DNA of 31,624 nucleotides from Kofleriaceae bacterium. GTDB lineage: Bacteria > Myxococcota_A > Polyangia > Haliangiales > Haliangiaceae. Shown here piece by piece: positions 20,210 through 30,197 of the stretch. Location of the stretch: the NCBI GenBank assembly GCA_046597055.1, contig JBKJLC010000019.1:1-31624 (forward strand). The letters are read 5' to 3'. The notes under the pieces are model-generated. The model saw only the letters and a list, made by a program, of their open reading frames with translations, was not told the origin of the DNA and did no database searches. Both the position numbers and the translations under genes were made by a program. How positions within the stretch are numbered: the first letter of the stretch is position 1; each line of letters opens with the position of its first letter.

Positions 20210-21898
20210 CTAGCTGCGGTTCATGCCGCGCAGCTCCCCCATCATCTTGCGCGCCGCCCCGGCGCGGCGGGTCACGCCTGCGTCGGCGAGCGGCCCGACG
20301 GTAGCGTCGCGGGCGCCCGCAGGTCGCTGCGGCGCCGCTGCCGGTCCGCGATCACCAAGTGGACCATGACGATCGCGGTGCCGATCGTGAAGTCGGCCAC
20401 CCGCTCCGTCGCTGTTCTCATCCATGTGGTCATCATCATTCCAAGCCTCGCATTCATGAGTTTCGCGGACGTGTCCGCCGAGTGAAACTTCTCGTTCACG
20501 TTGATCTTCAGCCGCAACGCCATCGCCACCAACCCGCCGGCGGGCGGCTGCGCGCTGCCGGCTGGCGGCAGCGGAGTCGGCCCACCCCCCTCGTACCACG
20601 CGCCACCAGAGGATGCCTGCACCGACCATGATCTCTGCAGTCAATCCGAGCCAACCTCCGGCCGCGCCCCAGCCGAGCACGATCCCGAGCACCCACGCTG
20701 TAGGTGGCGTGAGCATCCAGGCAGTGAGCACGCCCACCATGGCTGGATAGACCACATCACCCGCGCCGCGCAGGACCCCGCGCGCGATCACGTTGGCCGC
20801 GTCGGCGATCAAGAACAGCGCCGAGATCTGGATGAGCGTGACGGTCACCACCACGAGTTGCGGGCGATCTCCGGCGAGCACCACCGCGATCGCGGTCGCA
20901 CCGATGCCGAAGACGATCGTGCACAGCGCCGTGTAGGCCGCGCCGAGCGCGAGGGCCCGGCCCGCGACCGGACGGACCAGCTCCGGGCGCGCCGCCCCGA
21001 CCGCGTTGCCGACCAGGACCGAGGCCGCCTCGGCGAGCGCGTGGGCCGGCAGGAACGACACGTGGGTGAGCTGCAGGACGAGATGGTGCGCCGCGGCGTC
21101 GTTTGCGGACATCTGCATCACGATCGCCGTCAGGAGGAGGAACGCGCCGATCTCCATCAGGAACTGCAGCCCGGTGGGCGCGCCCTGCCGCCAGAGCGCG
21201 CGGGCGTAGGTCGACCGCCACGTCACCGCGGCCAGCCGGTGCCGCATCGGCCACGCCAGCCGCGCGAGCTCGACCGCATTGCCGACGACGGTCGCGACCG
21301 CGGCGCCGAGCACGCCCCAGCCGAGCCCGACGATCAAGCCGACGTCCAGCGTGAAGTTGGTGAGGTTCCCGAGCAGCGACGCGTGCATCGGAGCGCGCGA
21401 GTCGCCCTCACCCCACCGCGTCTCGCGCAGCGCGACATAGACGAGTAGCATCGGCGCCGCGAGCGCGCGGACCCGCAGGTAGGTCGCCGCGTGCCGGCCC
21501 ACCGCCGGATCAGACGACACCAGCGCGAGCAGCGGCGCCAGGGTCTCGGCGAGGATGAGCGCCATCGCGCCGAGGCCGAGCGCGAACAGGACGCCGACGC
21601 CGAGGTAGCGATCGGCCTCCTCGGGCCGGCCGGCGCCGATCGCCTGCGACACCAGGGTCTTGAGACCGCGCAGCACCCCGATGCCGAAACAGAGGAGCGC
21701 GAACGAGACCGCGCCGGCCAGGCCGACGCCGGCGACCTCGGCCGCGCCGACCCGCGCGACGAAGGCACTGCCGACCAGCGTCATGGCACTGTAGGAGAGG
21801 GTCGAGACCGCGATTGGCCACGACAGACGAAGCAGCTCGCGCCCCGGGCGGTTTGCCCATGGCAGCGGTTTGCACTGGAGAAGAACGGTTGCTTCCAT
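20210..21898 (-). CDS. MATE-family multidrug efflux transporter (NorM-like), with an atypical ~100-aa C-terminal run-on
   Basis: ELLRLSWPI, LVSQAIGAG, LGWGVLGAAVAT, QGAPTGLQ, VLVGNAVGA, GVLRGAGD, GAAGGWLG; 12-TM pattern; ATG at 21898. Confidence 0.9.
   Translation of the reverse strand: MEATVLLQCKPLPWANRPGRELLRLSWPIAVSTLSYSAMTLVGSAFVARVGAAEVAGVGLAGAVSFALLCFGIGVLRGLKTLVSQAIGAGRPEEADRYLGVGVLFALGLGAMALILAETLAPLLALVSSDPAVGRHAATYLRVRALAAPMLLVYVALRETRWGEGDSRAPMHASLLGNLTNFTLDVGLIVGLGWGVLGAAVATVVGNAVELARLAWPMRHRLAAVTWRSTYARALWRQGAPTGLQFLMEIGAFLLLTAIVMQMSANDAAAHHLVLQLTHVSFLPAHALAEAASVLVGNAVGAARPELVRPVAGRALALGAAYTALCTIVFGIGATAIAVVLAGDRPQLVVVTVTLIQISALFLIADAANVIARGVLRGAGDVVYPAMVGVLTAWMLTPPTAWVLGIVLGWGAAGGWLGLTAEIMVGAGILWWRVVRGGWADSAAASRQRAAARRRVGGDGVAAEDQREREVSLGGHVRETHECEAWNDDDHMDENSDGAGGRLHDRHRDRHGPLGDRGPAAAPQRPAGARDATVGPLADAGVTRRAGAARKMMGELRGMNRS
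20272..20439 (-). CDS. Possible small protein, 55 aa (MMMTTWMRTATERVADFTIGTAIVMVHLVIADRQRRR…)
   Basis: GAGG SD, hydrophobic core followed by basic residues, GC3-rich; overlaps the non-homologous tail of the MATE ORF. Confidence 0.45.
   Translation of the reverse strand: MMMTTWMRTATERVADFTIGTAIVMVHLVIADRQRRRSDLRAPATLPSGRSPTQA
20482..20499. promoter_or_regulatory. Candidate operator GTGA-N10-TCAC, copy 2
   Basis: GTGAAACTTCTCGTTCAC, about 43 nt upstream of the small ORF start. Confidence 0.5.
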
Positions 21899-22097
21899 GA
21901 CATCACTCGGCTGCACCGCCGGCGGGCGGTGCGGAAACGGACCAGGACGCGTGGTGGCCACGCGCGGGCGGCGTCCCGCAGGGGACACCGGCGACAGCTG
22001 CCCGCGGCGGTGCCGATGTGAGCGCGTGCGCGCTCGTCACCGACACCTCGTGCAGAGGCGGCTGACTCGCTACCAGGCAGTGCTGACGATCAGAACG

Positions 22098-22223
22098 TCA
22101 GTGCTGACGCTGGCAGGCACCCGAGCCGACACCACCGCGGGCGACATCGTCGACCATCAGTCCCTGCGGGCGGTCCGCGGCGGGAATGACGAGGTCGTTG
22201 ATGCGACAGGGGGCGGGCTTCAT
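22098..22223 (-). CDS. Candidate leader peptide, 41 aa (MKPAPCRINDLVIPAADRPQGLMVDDVARGGVGSGACQRQH)
   Basis: ATG..TGA with mostly C/G-ending codons, about 200 nt upstream of the MATE start; stop codon lies inside overlapping inverted repeats. Confidence 0.45.
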   Translation of the reverse strand: MKPAPCRINDLVIPAADRPQGLMVDDVARGGVGSGACQRQH

Positions 22224-22392
22224 GGGTGCGATCCGTCGAGTAGTTATCGTCCTCTTCTGTCATGCACACGAGATCAAAGCAATGCTCTTGACGCACTCAC
22301 ATGCTGGCAAATCTCGGTCGTCCCCGATGTACGACGTGTGTAAGCGCACGACGCCGTGAAATCGTTGAGGAGGCTGGCGCGTTGTCATCACG

Positions 22393-23541
22393 ATGCGCCG
22401 TGCCCGGAACCTCACGATCGTGCTCGCTGCCACGTTCGCCGCCTGCGGCACCCGCGCCAGCGGCGAGCCCGAGGCCGCCGGGTCGGTCCCGCCGGCCTCG
22501 ACGCCCGCGGCGCGGTCGGCGGTCGCCCTCGCGCCCGAGGTCGTCGGCGGTGCCGACCGCACTGGCGCGATCCGCGCGGTCCACGTGGTGTCACGGGTCG
22601 GCACCCGCGGGCCCGCCGACGCCGCCGCCAAGCGCGCGCGGGGGACCGACGGGGTGACGCTGTATGCCGTGCTCGAGGTCGAAGCCCGCGGCCGGCGCAT
22701 CCTCTACAGCGACGCGCCGTCGCTGCGCTGGAAGGGCGCCGTGGTGACGCCGGTCGCGCTCGCGCGGGCGCCGCGCGCGACCCTGACCTGGCGCAAGGTC
22801 GAGCCGACCGCGGCCGACCTCTCGAACACGCGGTCCGGAAACTTTCGCTACGAGCCGATTCCGTACCAGGCGACCCCGCTGGCCGGCGCCGGCGGCACGG
22901 TCGCGGCCGACGTGCGCCCGACCCTGACGCCCGATCACGGCGGTGGCCTCGGCACGATGCGCTACCAGCTGGTGGCGGTGCAGGGCGAGCGGCGGATCGC
23001 GAGCCCGGGCCCGGAGGCCCGGCGCGGGCGCGGCTCGGGCGGCCTCACCGACGCGGTCCACCGGGTCTCGCTGCGGCACGACGACAGCTTCGTCGGGCTG
23101 CTCACCGAGATGTACGGCCAGCCGTACATCTGGGCGTCGGCGGGCGGCACCGATCGCACCCACCAGAGCGAGCGGCTCGAGGGCTCCGACTGCGCCGACC
23201 TGATGGTCTATGGCGCGCGCCGGATGGGGCTCGGCATCCCGTACGGATGGACCGGCTCGCTCGAGCAGCACGCGCGCGTGCTCGGCGCCGGCGCGCTCGC
23301 CGACGACCAGATCTACCGCGACCGCCAGGGTCGACCGGTCGCCTTCCCCCGACCCGGCGACCTGATCCTGTTCCCGCGCCACGTCGGCGCGCTGGTCGAG
23401 GACCGCGGCACCCCCGGCGTGCTCGACGCCGACGACGTCATGATCCACACGCTGTTCGACTCGCCGAAGCCGCAGGCGATCGCCGACTCGGGCTACGCCG
23501 ACAACGCGATCAAGGTGCTGCGCTGGCGCGGCGTGAAGTGA
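22393..23541 (+). CDS. Lipoprotein with a C-terminal NlpC/P60-like (papain-fold) domain
   Basis: Lipobox TFAAC; GQPYIWA…GSDCADL (catalytic Cys) …PGDLILFPRHVG (His) …MIH. Confidence 0.7.
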   Translation: MRRARNLTIVLAATFAACGTRASGEPEAAGSVPPASTPAARSAVALAPEVVGGADRTGAIRAVHVVSRVGTRGPADAAAKRARGTDGVTLYAVLEVEARGRRILYSDAPSLRWKGAVVTPVALARAPRATLTWRKVEPTAADLSNTRSGNFRYEPIPYQATPLAGAGGTVAADVRPTLTPDHGGGLGTMRYQLVAVQGERRIASPGPEARRGRGSGGLTDAVHRVSLRHDDSFVGLLTEMYGQPYIWASAGGTDRTHQSERLEGSDCADLMVYGARRMGLGIPYGWTGSLEQHARVLGAGALADDQIYRDRQGRPVAFPRPGDLILFPRHVGALVEDRGTPGVLDADDVMIHTLFDSPKPQAIADSGYADNAIKVLRWRGVK

Positions 23542-23557
23542 CGCCGCCGCCGCGCGT

Positions 23558-24877
23558 TCACATCAAGTCTTCGTCGGGATCGACCCGCTGGATCACCAGC
23601 CCCGACGCCAGGCGCGGATAGAACAGCGTCGACCGCGGCGGCAGCGCGTCGCCGACCTCGGCGATGTGGCGGAGTCCGTCGAGCTTGAGCGGCGCCAGGA
23701 AGAACGCCGCCTGGTGGGTGGCCAGCGCGGCCTGGGCGGCGGCCAGGTCGCCGGCGTAGCGCAGGTTGCCCGCCGGCTCTTGCGCGGCCGACGACAGGCC
23801 GAGGATGCGATCGAACACGATGCCGTGCAGCAGCGTGACGTCGGTGCGGACCACGGCGGCGTGGCCGGTGACGCCCAGGCTGGTCGGATCGATGTGGGGA
23901 TCCAAGGTCAGCCGCCAGCCGTCGGCCTCGCCGGGAAAGGCGACCACGATCGCCGGTTGATGACCGGGGGCGTCCTCGAGCGCGCGCCGGACCGCGCCCG
24001 GATCGCGAGCGCCGCCGGGCACCGCCTCGACCATGAAGTACTCGCGGGCGCGGGCGAGCAGGGTCTTGCGATCGAAGCCGGCCACCCCGTGCAGCAGCCG
24101 GTGGTGGGGCAGGACCACCAGACCGTCGTCGGTGAGGCTGCACAGGAACATCATCCCGTAGTGCGCCGACGAGTACTGCGACAGCCCGCCGGCCTGCTCG
24201 GCGAGCCGGTCGCGCAGCGCGATCATCGCGTCGAGGCGGTGATGGCCGTCGGCGATCACGAGCTTCTTGGGGGCCATCGCCCGCCGCACCTTGCCGACCA
24301 GCTCGGCGTCGTTCACCCGCCACAGCAGGTGGCGGACGCCGTCGCCGGTCACCAGGTCGACCGTGGCCGGCTTGCTCTCGGTCGGCCGCAGCACCCGCTC
24401 GACCTCGCCGCTGGCGTCGGCGTAGAGCGCGGTCAGCGGCGTGAGGTGGGCCGAGGTTGCCCGCGCCAGCGCGGTCTGCTCGGCGCGGACCGACGCGAAC
24501 AGCCGCTGGTGGGTCTGCATGCGGCAGTCGGTGCCGCTGGCCAGCCGCACCGCCGCGATGAAGCCGCGCCGGCACCGCGGCCGGCCGTCGTCGGGGCTGC
24601 GGAAGTGCTGCAGGTAGCGATAGACCGCCTTGTACGGATCCCGGACGAGCACGCCAGCGCCGAGCCAGCCATCGAGCGCGCGGGCGGCGCTGGCATGGCG
24701 GTCGAGCGGGCCGTCGGGCTCGGGCTGGATCAGCCGCACGACGTTGTGCGGGTCGGCGGCGGCGAGCTGCGCGCGGGCGGCCGGCTCGATCGCGTCGGCG
24801 GGCGGCGCCACCACCTTGGCCAGATCGACCTTGCTCTGGTCGTAGAGGATGCCGCGGAACGAGGCGATCTCGGGCAT
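23558..24877 (-). CDS. DUF1015 family protein
   Basis: FRGILY…VVAPP, PHNVVRLI, RRGFIAAVRL, IADGHHR, LPHHRLL, LPPRSTLFYPRLASGLV. Confidence 0.85.
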   Translation of the reverse strand: MPEIASFRGILYDQSKVDLAKVVAPPADAIEPAARAQLAAADPHNVVRLIQPEPDGPLDRHASAARALDGWLGAGVLVRDPYKAVYRYLQHFRSPDDGRPRCRRGFIAAVRLASGTDCRMQTHQRLFASVRAEQTALARATSAHLTPLTALYADASGEVERVLRPTESKPATVDLVTGDGVRHLLWRVNDAELVGKVRRAMAPKKLVIADGHHRLDAMIALRDRLAEQAGGLSQYSSAHYGMMFLCSLTDDGLVVLPHHRLLHGVAGFDRKTLLARAREYFMVEAVPGGARDPGAVRRALEDAPGHQPAIVVAFPGEADGWRLTLDPHIDPTSLGVTGHAAVVRTDVTLLHGIVFDRILGLSSAAQEPAGNLRYAGDLAAAQAALATHQAAFFLAPLKLDGLRHIAEVGDALPPRSTLFYPRLASGLVIQRVDPDEDLM

Positions 24878-24942
24878 GGGGCCGCGAGGCTATCAGGCTC
24901 GCCCGGCGCCGGGGCGGTCCGGGCCGACGGCCGCCCACGGGC

Positions 24943-26208
24943 TCAGGTCAGGCGCGGACGCGCGCCGATGTCGGTCCGGTGCTGGGCGCCGGCGAACGAG
25001 ATGCGCGCGACCGCGGCGTAGGCCCGGGCCCGGGCGGCCGCGAGGTCAGCGCCGAGCGCGGTGACGCCGAGCACGCGTCCGCCGGCGGTGACCAGCGCGC
25101 CATCACGCGCGGCGGTGCCGGCGTGGAAGACCACGACGTCCCCGGCCGCCTCGGCCTCGGCCACGCCGGTGATCGGATCGCCCGCGCGCGGCGCCTCGGG
25201 ATAGCCAGCGGCGGCGAGCACGACGCACACCGCGGCGCGCGGATCCCAGCCGAGCGCGCCGACCGGCATCGCGCCGGTGGCCGCGCCGTGCATGACCTGA
25301 CCGAGATCGCCGGTCAGCCGGGCCAGCACCGGCTGGGTCTCGGGATCACCGAACCGGCAGTTGTACTCGAGCAACCACGGGGTCCCGGTCGGGTCGACCA
25401 TGACGCCGGCGTACAGGACGCCGCGATAGTCGATGCCATCCGCACGCAGCCCGACCACGGTCGGCTCGAGCAGCTCGTGGCGGATCCGCGCCAGCAACGT
25501 GTCGTCGATCCACGCCGGCGACACCGTGCCCATGCCGCCGGTGTTGGGCCCGTGGTCCCCGTCGAGTAGCGTCTTGTGGTCCTCGGCCGGCGCCAGCACC
25601 TCGAGGCGCTCGCCGTCGGTGAGCGCGAGCACCGACACCTCGCGGCCGGTGATCATCTGCTCGATCACCAGCCGGGCGCCAGCGGCGCCGAACCGCCCGT
25701 CGAGCATCGCGCGGGCCGCGGCGCGCGCCTGGTCGGTATCGCGGGCGACCACCACGCCCTTGCCGGCGGCCAGGCCGTCGGCCTTCACCACCACGCCAGG
25801 CGCGGCCAGCGCGGCGATCGCGCGATCGGCCTCGTCGACGGTGGCGCAGACCCGGAACGCCGCGGTCCGGATGCCGTGGCGTGCGAACAGCTCCTTCGAG
25901 AACGCCTTGGAGCCCTCGAGCTGGGCGCCGGCCAGCCCCGGCCCGAAGGTGGCGATCCCGGCGGCCCGCAGGCGGTCGGCGAGGCCGACGCACAGCGGCG
26001 CCTCGGGCCCGACCACGACCAGGTCGACCCCGTGCGCCACCGCGGCCGCGACCTGCCCGTCAAGGTCCATGACCGCGACCGGTACGCACGGGGCGATCGC
26101 CGCGATGCCCGGGTTGCCCGGTGCGGCGAGCACGGCGTGCCCGGCCTGGAGCAGCCGCCACACCAGCGCGTGCTCGCGCCCGCCGCTACCGACGACGAGG
26201 ACCTTCAT
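24943..26208 (-). CDS. purD: Phosphoribosylamine--glycine ligase
   Basis: [72 protein letters not shown]. Confidence 0.97.
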   Translation of the reverse strand: MKVLVVGSGGREHALVWRLLQAGHAVLAAPGNPGIAAIAPCVPVAVMDLDGQVAAAVAHGVDLVVVGPEAPLCVGLADRLRAAGIATFGPGLAGAQLEGSKAFSKELFARHGIRTAAFRVCATVDEADRAIAALAAPGVVVKADGLAAGKGVVVARDTDQARAAARAMLDGRFGAAGARLVIEQMITGREVSVLALTDGERLEVLAPAEDHKTLLDGDHGPNTGGMGTVSPAWIDDTLLARIRHELLEPTVVGLRADGIDYRGVLYAGVMVDPTGTPWLLEYNCRFGDPETQPVLARLTGDLGQVMHGAATGAMPVGALGWDPRAAVCVVLAAAGYPEAPRAGDPITGVAEAEAAGDVVVFHAGTAARDGALVTAGGRVLGVTALGADLAAARARAYAAVARISFAGAQHRTDIGARPRLT

Positions 26209-26515
26209 GCCGGGCTCCGGGGCGGGACACCCGGGGTGACGTGCGCGGCGGGCCGACGGTCGGGCCGTGCCCGCGCGGGACGTGAGGGGTCGAGAAGGTC
26301 CATGGCGCGGCGTGAGTATGCTCGATCGCCGGCGGTTGCCACCCGGGCGCGCCGGCCCGATCGCGCGGGTGCGTCCGCCGAGCCGGCATCACCCGATCGC
26401 CACGACCGATCGGTGCTCGACCTCCGAGCCAACCGGGCGCGCATGGATGATCCACTGGACCGGCCCGCGGGCCCGGGTGGCGGCCGCGCGCGAACGCGGA
26501 TGACCGCAGGGCCGG

Positions 26516-28123
26516 TCAGTGCCGGAAGTGGCGCATGCCGGTGAACACCATCGCCAGGCCATGTTCGTCGGCGGCAGCGATGACCTCCTCGTCGCGCACC
26601 GAGCCACCCGGCTGGACCACCGCGGTCGCCCCGGCGCGCGCGAGCACGTCGACGCCGTCGCGGAACGGAAAGAACGCGTCGGACGCGACCGCCGCGCCCG
26701 GCAGCGCGGCGCCGGCCTTGCGCTCGCAGATCGTCACCGAGTCGACCCGGCTCATCTGACCGGCGCCGATGCCGACGGTGACGCCGGCGCGGGCGAACAC
26801 GATCGCGTTCGACTTCACGTGCTTCGCAACCGCCCACGCAAAGCCGAGATCCTCGAGCTCGGCGGCGGTCGGCGCGCGTCGGGTCACGACCTTCGCGGTC
26901 CGCACGTCGACCAGGCCAGTGTCGGCCGACTGCAGGAGCGCCCCGCCCGCGACCGAGCGCACGGTGACCACCACGTCGCCGGTGCGCGGGGTCCAGTCGC
27001 CGGCGGCGCGGACCAGGCGCAGGTTCTTCTTGGTCGCGAGCGCCGCGCGCGCCTCGGCGGTGAAGTCGGGCGCGACCACGCACTCGAGGAAGGTCTCGAG
27101 CAGGAGCGCGGCCAGCTCGGCGTCGACCGGGCGGTTGACCGCGACGATGCCGCCGAACGCCGACACCGGATCGGCGGCGCGCGCGCGCTGATAGGCCGCG
27201 GCCGGGGTATCGCCAAGGGCAACGCCGCACGGGTTGTTGTGCTTCACCACCACCGCGGCGCAGGCGGCCAGCTCGAGGACCAGGCCGAGCGCGGCGTCGA
27301 GATCGAGGATGTTGTTGTAGGACAGCTGCTTGCCGCCGAGCACCTCGGCCGTGGCGATCGTCGGCCGCCCGGCCGGCCAGCCCGGCAGCTGCGCGCGACC
27401 GTCGGTGTAGAACGCCGCCGGCTGGTGCGGGTTCTCGCCGTAGCGCAGGTCGTAGGCCTTGCGCCACTGGACGCCCACGGTGTCGGGGAAGACCCGGCGC
27501 GGCGGGGCTGCCTCGGGCGTCGCGATCGCCGCGTCGTCGATCGACGACAGATAGCCGGCGATCGCCGCGTCGTACGCCGAGGTGTGGGCGTAGACCTTGC
27601 GCGCCAGCTGGAGCCGGCGGGCCGGCGACAGCGCGCCGTCGCCGGCCTGCAGCTCGGCGATCACCGCCGGGTAGTCGTCTGGATCGACCACGACCGCGAC
27701 CCGCTCGTGGTTCTTGGCCGCCGACCGCAGCATGGCGGGACCGCCGATGTCGATGTTCTCGATCACCTCGGCGAAGCTCACACCGGGCTTGGCGACGGTC
27801 GCCTCGAACGGGTAGAGGTTGACGATCACCAGGTCGATCGGCTCGATCCCGTGGGCCGCCATCTGCGCCTCGTGATCAGGCGTGGGCCGCCCGAGCAGGC
27901 CGCCGTGCACCCGCGGGTGCAGCGTCTTGACCCGTCCGTCGAGGATCTCGGGCGCGCCGGTGAACTCGGAGACCTGGGTGACGGCGATGCCGGCCTGGGC
28001 CAGCGCCGCGGCGGTGCCCCCGGTCGACAGCAGGACCACCCCGTGGGCGGTGAGCGCGCGCGCCAGCTCGACCAGCCCGCGCTTGTCGGAGACGGAGACG
28101 AGAGCACGACGGATCCGGGTCAT
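26516..28123 (-). CDS. purH: Bifunctional AICAR transformylase / IMP cyclohydrolase
   Basis: [70 protein letters not shown]; start ATG 28123. Confidence 0.97.
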   Translation of the reverse strand: MTRIRRALVSVSDKRGLVELARALTAHGVVLLSTGGTAAALAQAGIAVTQVSEFTGAPEILDGRVKTLHPRVHGGLLGRPTPDHEAQMAAHGIEPIDLVIVNLYPFEATVAKPGVSFAEVIENIDIGGPAMLRSAAKNHERVAVVVDPDDYPAVIAELQAGDGALSPARRLQLARKVYAHTSAYDAAIAGYLSSIDDAAIATPEAAPPRRVFPDTVGVQWRKAYDLRYGENPHQPAAFYTDGRAQLPGWPAGRPTIATAEVLGGKQLSYNNILDLDAALGLVLELAACAAVVVKHNNPCGVALGDTPAAAYQRARAADPVSAFGGIVAVNRPVDAELAALLLETFLECVVAPDFTAEARAALATKKNLRLVRAAGDWTPRTGDVVVTVRSVAGGALLQSADTGLVDVRTAKVVTRRAPTAAELEDLGFAWAVAKHVKSNAIVFARAGVTVGIGAGQMSRVDSVTICERKAGAALPGAAVASDAFFPFRDGVDVLARAGATAVVQPGGSVRDEEVIAAADEHGLAMVFTGMRHFRH

Positions 28124-28388
28124 GGCCGGCCTTAGCAGGCCGCGGGCGAGCCGGTCAATCCCGACGTCGCCGCTTCCGCGTCCGGTGCACCGCGCGTGGC
28201 GAGACACACCGGGTTCGTGCCGATCGGACGCGGCGTTCGGGCGCGGCCGACCCATCGCAGGGCGGGTGATTTCGAAGAAGCCACAATCGCCGGGCCGAGC
28301 CCGCGAGGCGGCTCGGGTCCGTGCCGACCGGATGCAGCCGCTGACCGCGGCGACATCTCAGGCGGGCGGCGCCCCGCGCGGCTCGCGG

Positions 28389-29132
28389 CTACTGGCCGGG
28401 GCGACGGATCAGCGCGGCGCCGATCTCGTCGGGCGACGGCGAGCCCATCTTGAGCTTGAGCAGGCCGCGGACCTCGACCTGGCGGATCCGCTCGCGGGTC
28501 AGGTTCATGATCTCACCGACCTCCTCGAGCGTGATCCCACCCCGCCCGGCGACGTCGAGCGAGCAGGTGTCCTTCATCTCCCACGGCTCGAGGTCGGGGA
28601 AGTTGATCTTGATCGAGCCCGTCTCCGGGTTGACGTCGAGGTACAGGTGGAACTTGCACGCGACCCACGGACACGGCCGCTGCTCCTCGCCGCACTCGCC
28701 GCGGGTGCGCGGCCGCTGATCGTCGACCACCGGGAACATCAGCGCGCCGACCCGCAGCTCCTCGCGGGTCAGCCGCTTCATCGCGATCGTCTTGGACCGC
28801 GGCCGGGTCCGCCGGCGGCGCCGCCGGATCTTGCGGCTGACCGCGGGCAGCTCGCCGTCGGCACCGGTGGCGGCGACGGCGTCGCCGTCCTCGTCATCGA
28901 GGTCGTCATCGTCGTCGTCGGCCTCTTCGTCGGCGTCGTCGGCCGACGCGGCGGTCACGATCGGCGCGCGGGTCACGCTCTTGGCGTCACCCGGCTCGTC
29001 GTCGGCGTCGAGGTCGTCGTCATCGTCGTCCAGCTTTCCACGCGCCCGCGCGAGGTCGTCCTCGCCCGCGGTCGTGACGCGTCCGGGCCCCGTGCGGTGC
29101 ATCTCCTTCGTTTCACGGTCGTCGACGCTCAT
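28389..29132 (-). CDS. asgB: AsgB-like DNA-binding protein (Cys/His cluster plus sigma70 region-4 HTH) with an acidic N-terminus
   Basis: RPRTRGEC…[29 protein letters not shown]…TCSLDVA…[22 protein letters not shown]; matches my recollection of Myxococcus AsgB and its position upstream of purH. Confidence 0.8.
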   Translation of the reverse strand: MSVDDRETKEMHRTGPGRVTTAGEDDLARARGKLDDDDDDLDADDEPGDAKSVTRAPIVTAASADDADEEADDDDDDLDDEDGDAVAATGADGELPAVSRKIRRRRRRTRPRSKTIAMKRLTREELRVGALMFPVVDDQRPRTRGECGEEQRPCPWVACKFHLYLDVNPETGSIKINFPDLEPWEMKDTCSLDVAGRGGITLEEVGEIMNLTRERIRQVEVRGLLKLKMGSPSPDEIGAALIRRPGQ

Positions 29133-29200
29133 GTTCTGTCTCCTCGTGTGCGCTGAAAGTCGCTACGCCGGCACCGAGCCGGCATCGGCGGTGATGCGGT

Positions 29201-29971
29201 CTAGAGCAGGTCTTCGGCGGTACCGGCGGCGCCGCTCTTGCGGAGCTCTTCCGTGCGCGGCGCGGCGACCCGGTGGGCGAGCCCGGTGAGTCGCTCGATC
29301 AGATCGGCGGCGAGGCGGCGGGCCTCGGCGATGTCCTTGGCCAGGCCGCGGCGGGCCTGCGCGTCGAGCCGGGGCGACGCGACCCCTTCGTCGAGGCGCT
29401 CGCACAGATCGGCGACCGCCTCGTCCACGTTCTCCACCAGATCGGTGAACTGGAGGAACTGGACCTGGATCTCCTCGATCGTGTAGCCCTGCCCCATCCA
29501 CCGCTTGACGTCGTTGATGCGACGCACCGACTTCGCCGGGTACAGGCCCATCGAGCCCTTGTTCTTGCCCTTGCGGCCGACCCGCTTGCTGCGCGGCAGC
29601 AGCCCCTGCTGCACGTACTTGCGGAAGCTCGCCTCGGAGAACCGCACGCCCCGGCTGACGAACACGTCGACGATCTGCACCGCGCTGATCCCGTCGCCGT
29701 GGGTCTCCTCGATCTGGCGCAGCTCCTCGGGCGTGAGCAGCCCATCCTTGCGCGCGGTCGGCTCGGCGCCGCGCCCGCTGCCCCCGGCACCACCACCCTC
29801 ACCACGCCGACGTGACGCGACCAGCGTCGCGCCCAGCGAGTCGCTCGCGCCCACCTGCGCGACCAGCTCGTCGCGGGCGACGACGATCGTCGGCCCCGCA
29901 CCGCGCCAGGCGCGCGCCAGCTGGATGTTGAGGCCGGTCCCCCCGGACGACGGCACGTGTGACCTGGACAT
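29201..29971 (-). CDS. MerR-like winged-HTH protein
   Basis: FSEASFRKYVQQGLLPRSKRVG…GLYP…RRINDVKRWMGQGYTIEEI then a helical C-terminus; ATG 29971 has a GGGGAGAG SD (alternative GTG 30016). Confidence 0.78.
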   Translation of the reverse strand: MSRSHVPSSGGTGLNIQLARAWRGAGPTIVVARDELVAQVGASDSLGATLVASRRRGEGGGAGGSGRGAEPTARKDGLLTPEELRQIEETHGDGISAVQIVDVFVSRGVRFSEASFRKYVQQGLLPRSKRVGRKGKNKGSMGLYPAKSVRRINDVKRWMGQGYTIEEIQVQFLQFTDLVENVDEAVADLCERLDEGVASPRLDAQARRGLAKDIAEARRLAADLIERLTGLAHRVAAPRTEELRKSGAAGTAEDLL

Positions 29972-30168
29972 GACGACTCTCTCCCCGGCGGACGTGAACG
30001 AACGCAGCTGACTCACGAGACATGAACGAACGCGGGGAATCGACGCTGGCCGCGCCGACCCACCCCTTCGAATCCCTACCCGCCCCCTACCGCGCTTCTC
30101 GCGTCGATGATGAACAGTGACTGAAACTGCGGGTCGCTAAAACTTCTTCGTTCCCCTCAAGTAGCGTC

Positions 30169-30197
30169 ACTGTATTCGTGTGAATGGAGTCGGTCAA
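30169..30197 (-). promoter_or_regulatory. Sigma70-type promoter for the MerR-like/asgB unit
   Basis: Minus strand TTGACC (30192-30197), 17-nt spacer, TACAGT (30169-30174), within an AT-rich patch. Confidence 0.6.

Noticed and set aside
26209..26515. Small gene or ncRNA between purH and purD
   Set aside because: No ORF with convincing codon bias and no recognisable RNA motif
28124..28388. ZTP (pfl) riboswitch upstream of purH
   Set aside because: Only a GCCCGCCUGAG fragment resembles the 3' part; the GACUGGCG…GUGG…CCAC 5' domain is absent, and a promoter-like sequence sits right at the purH start
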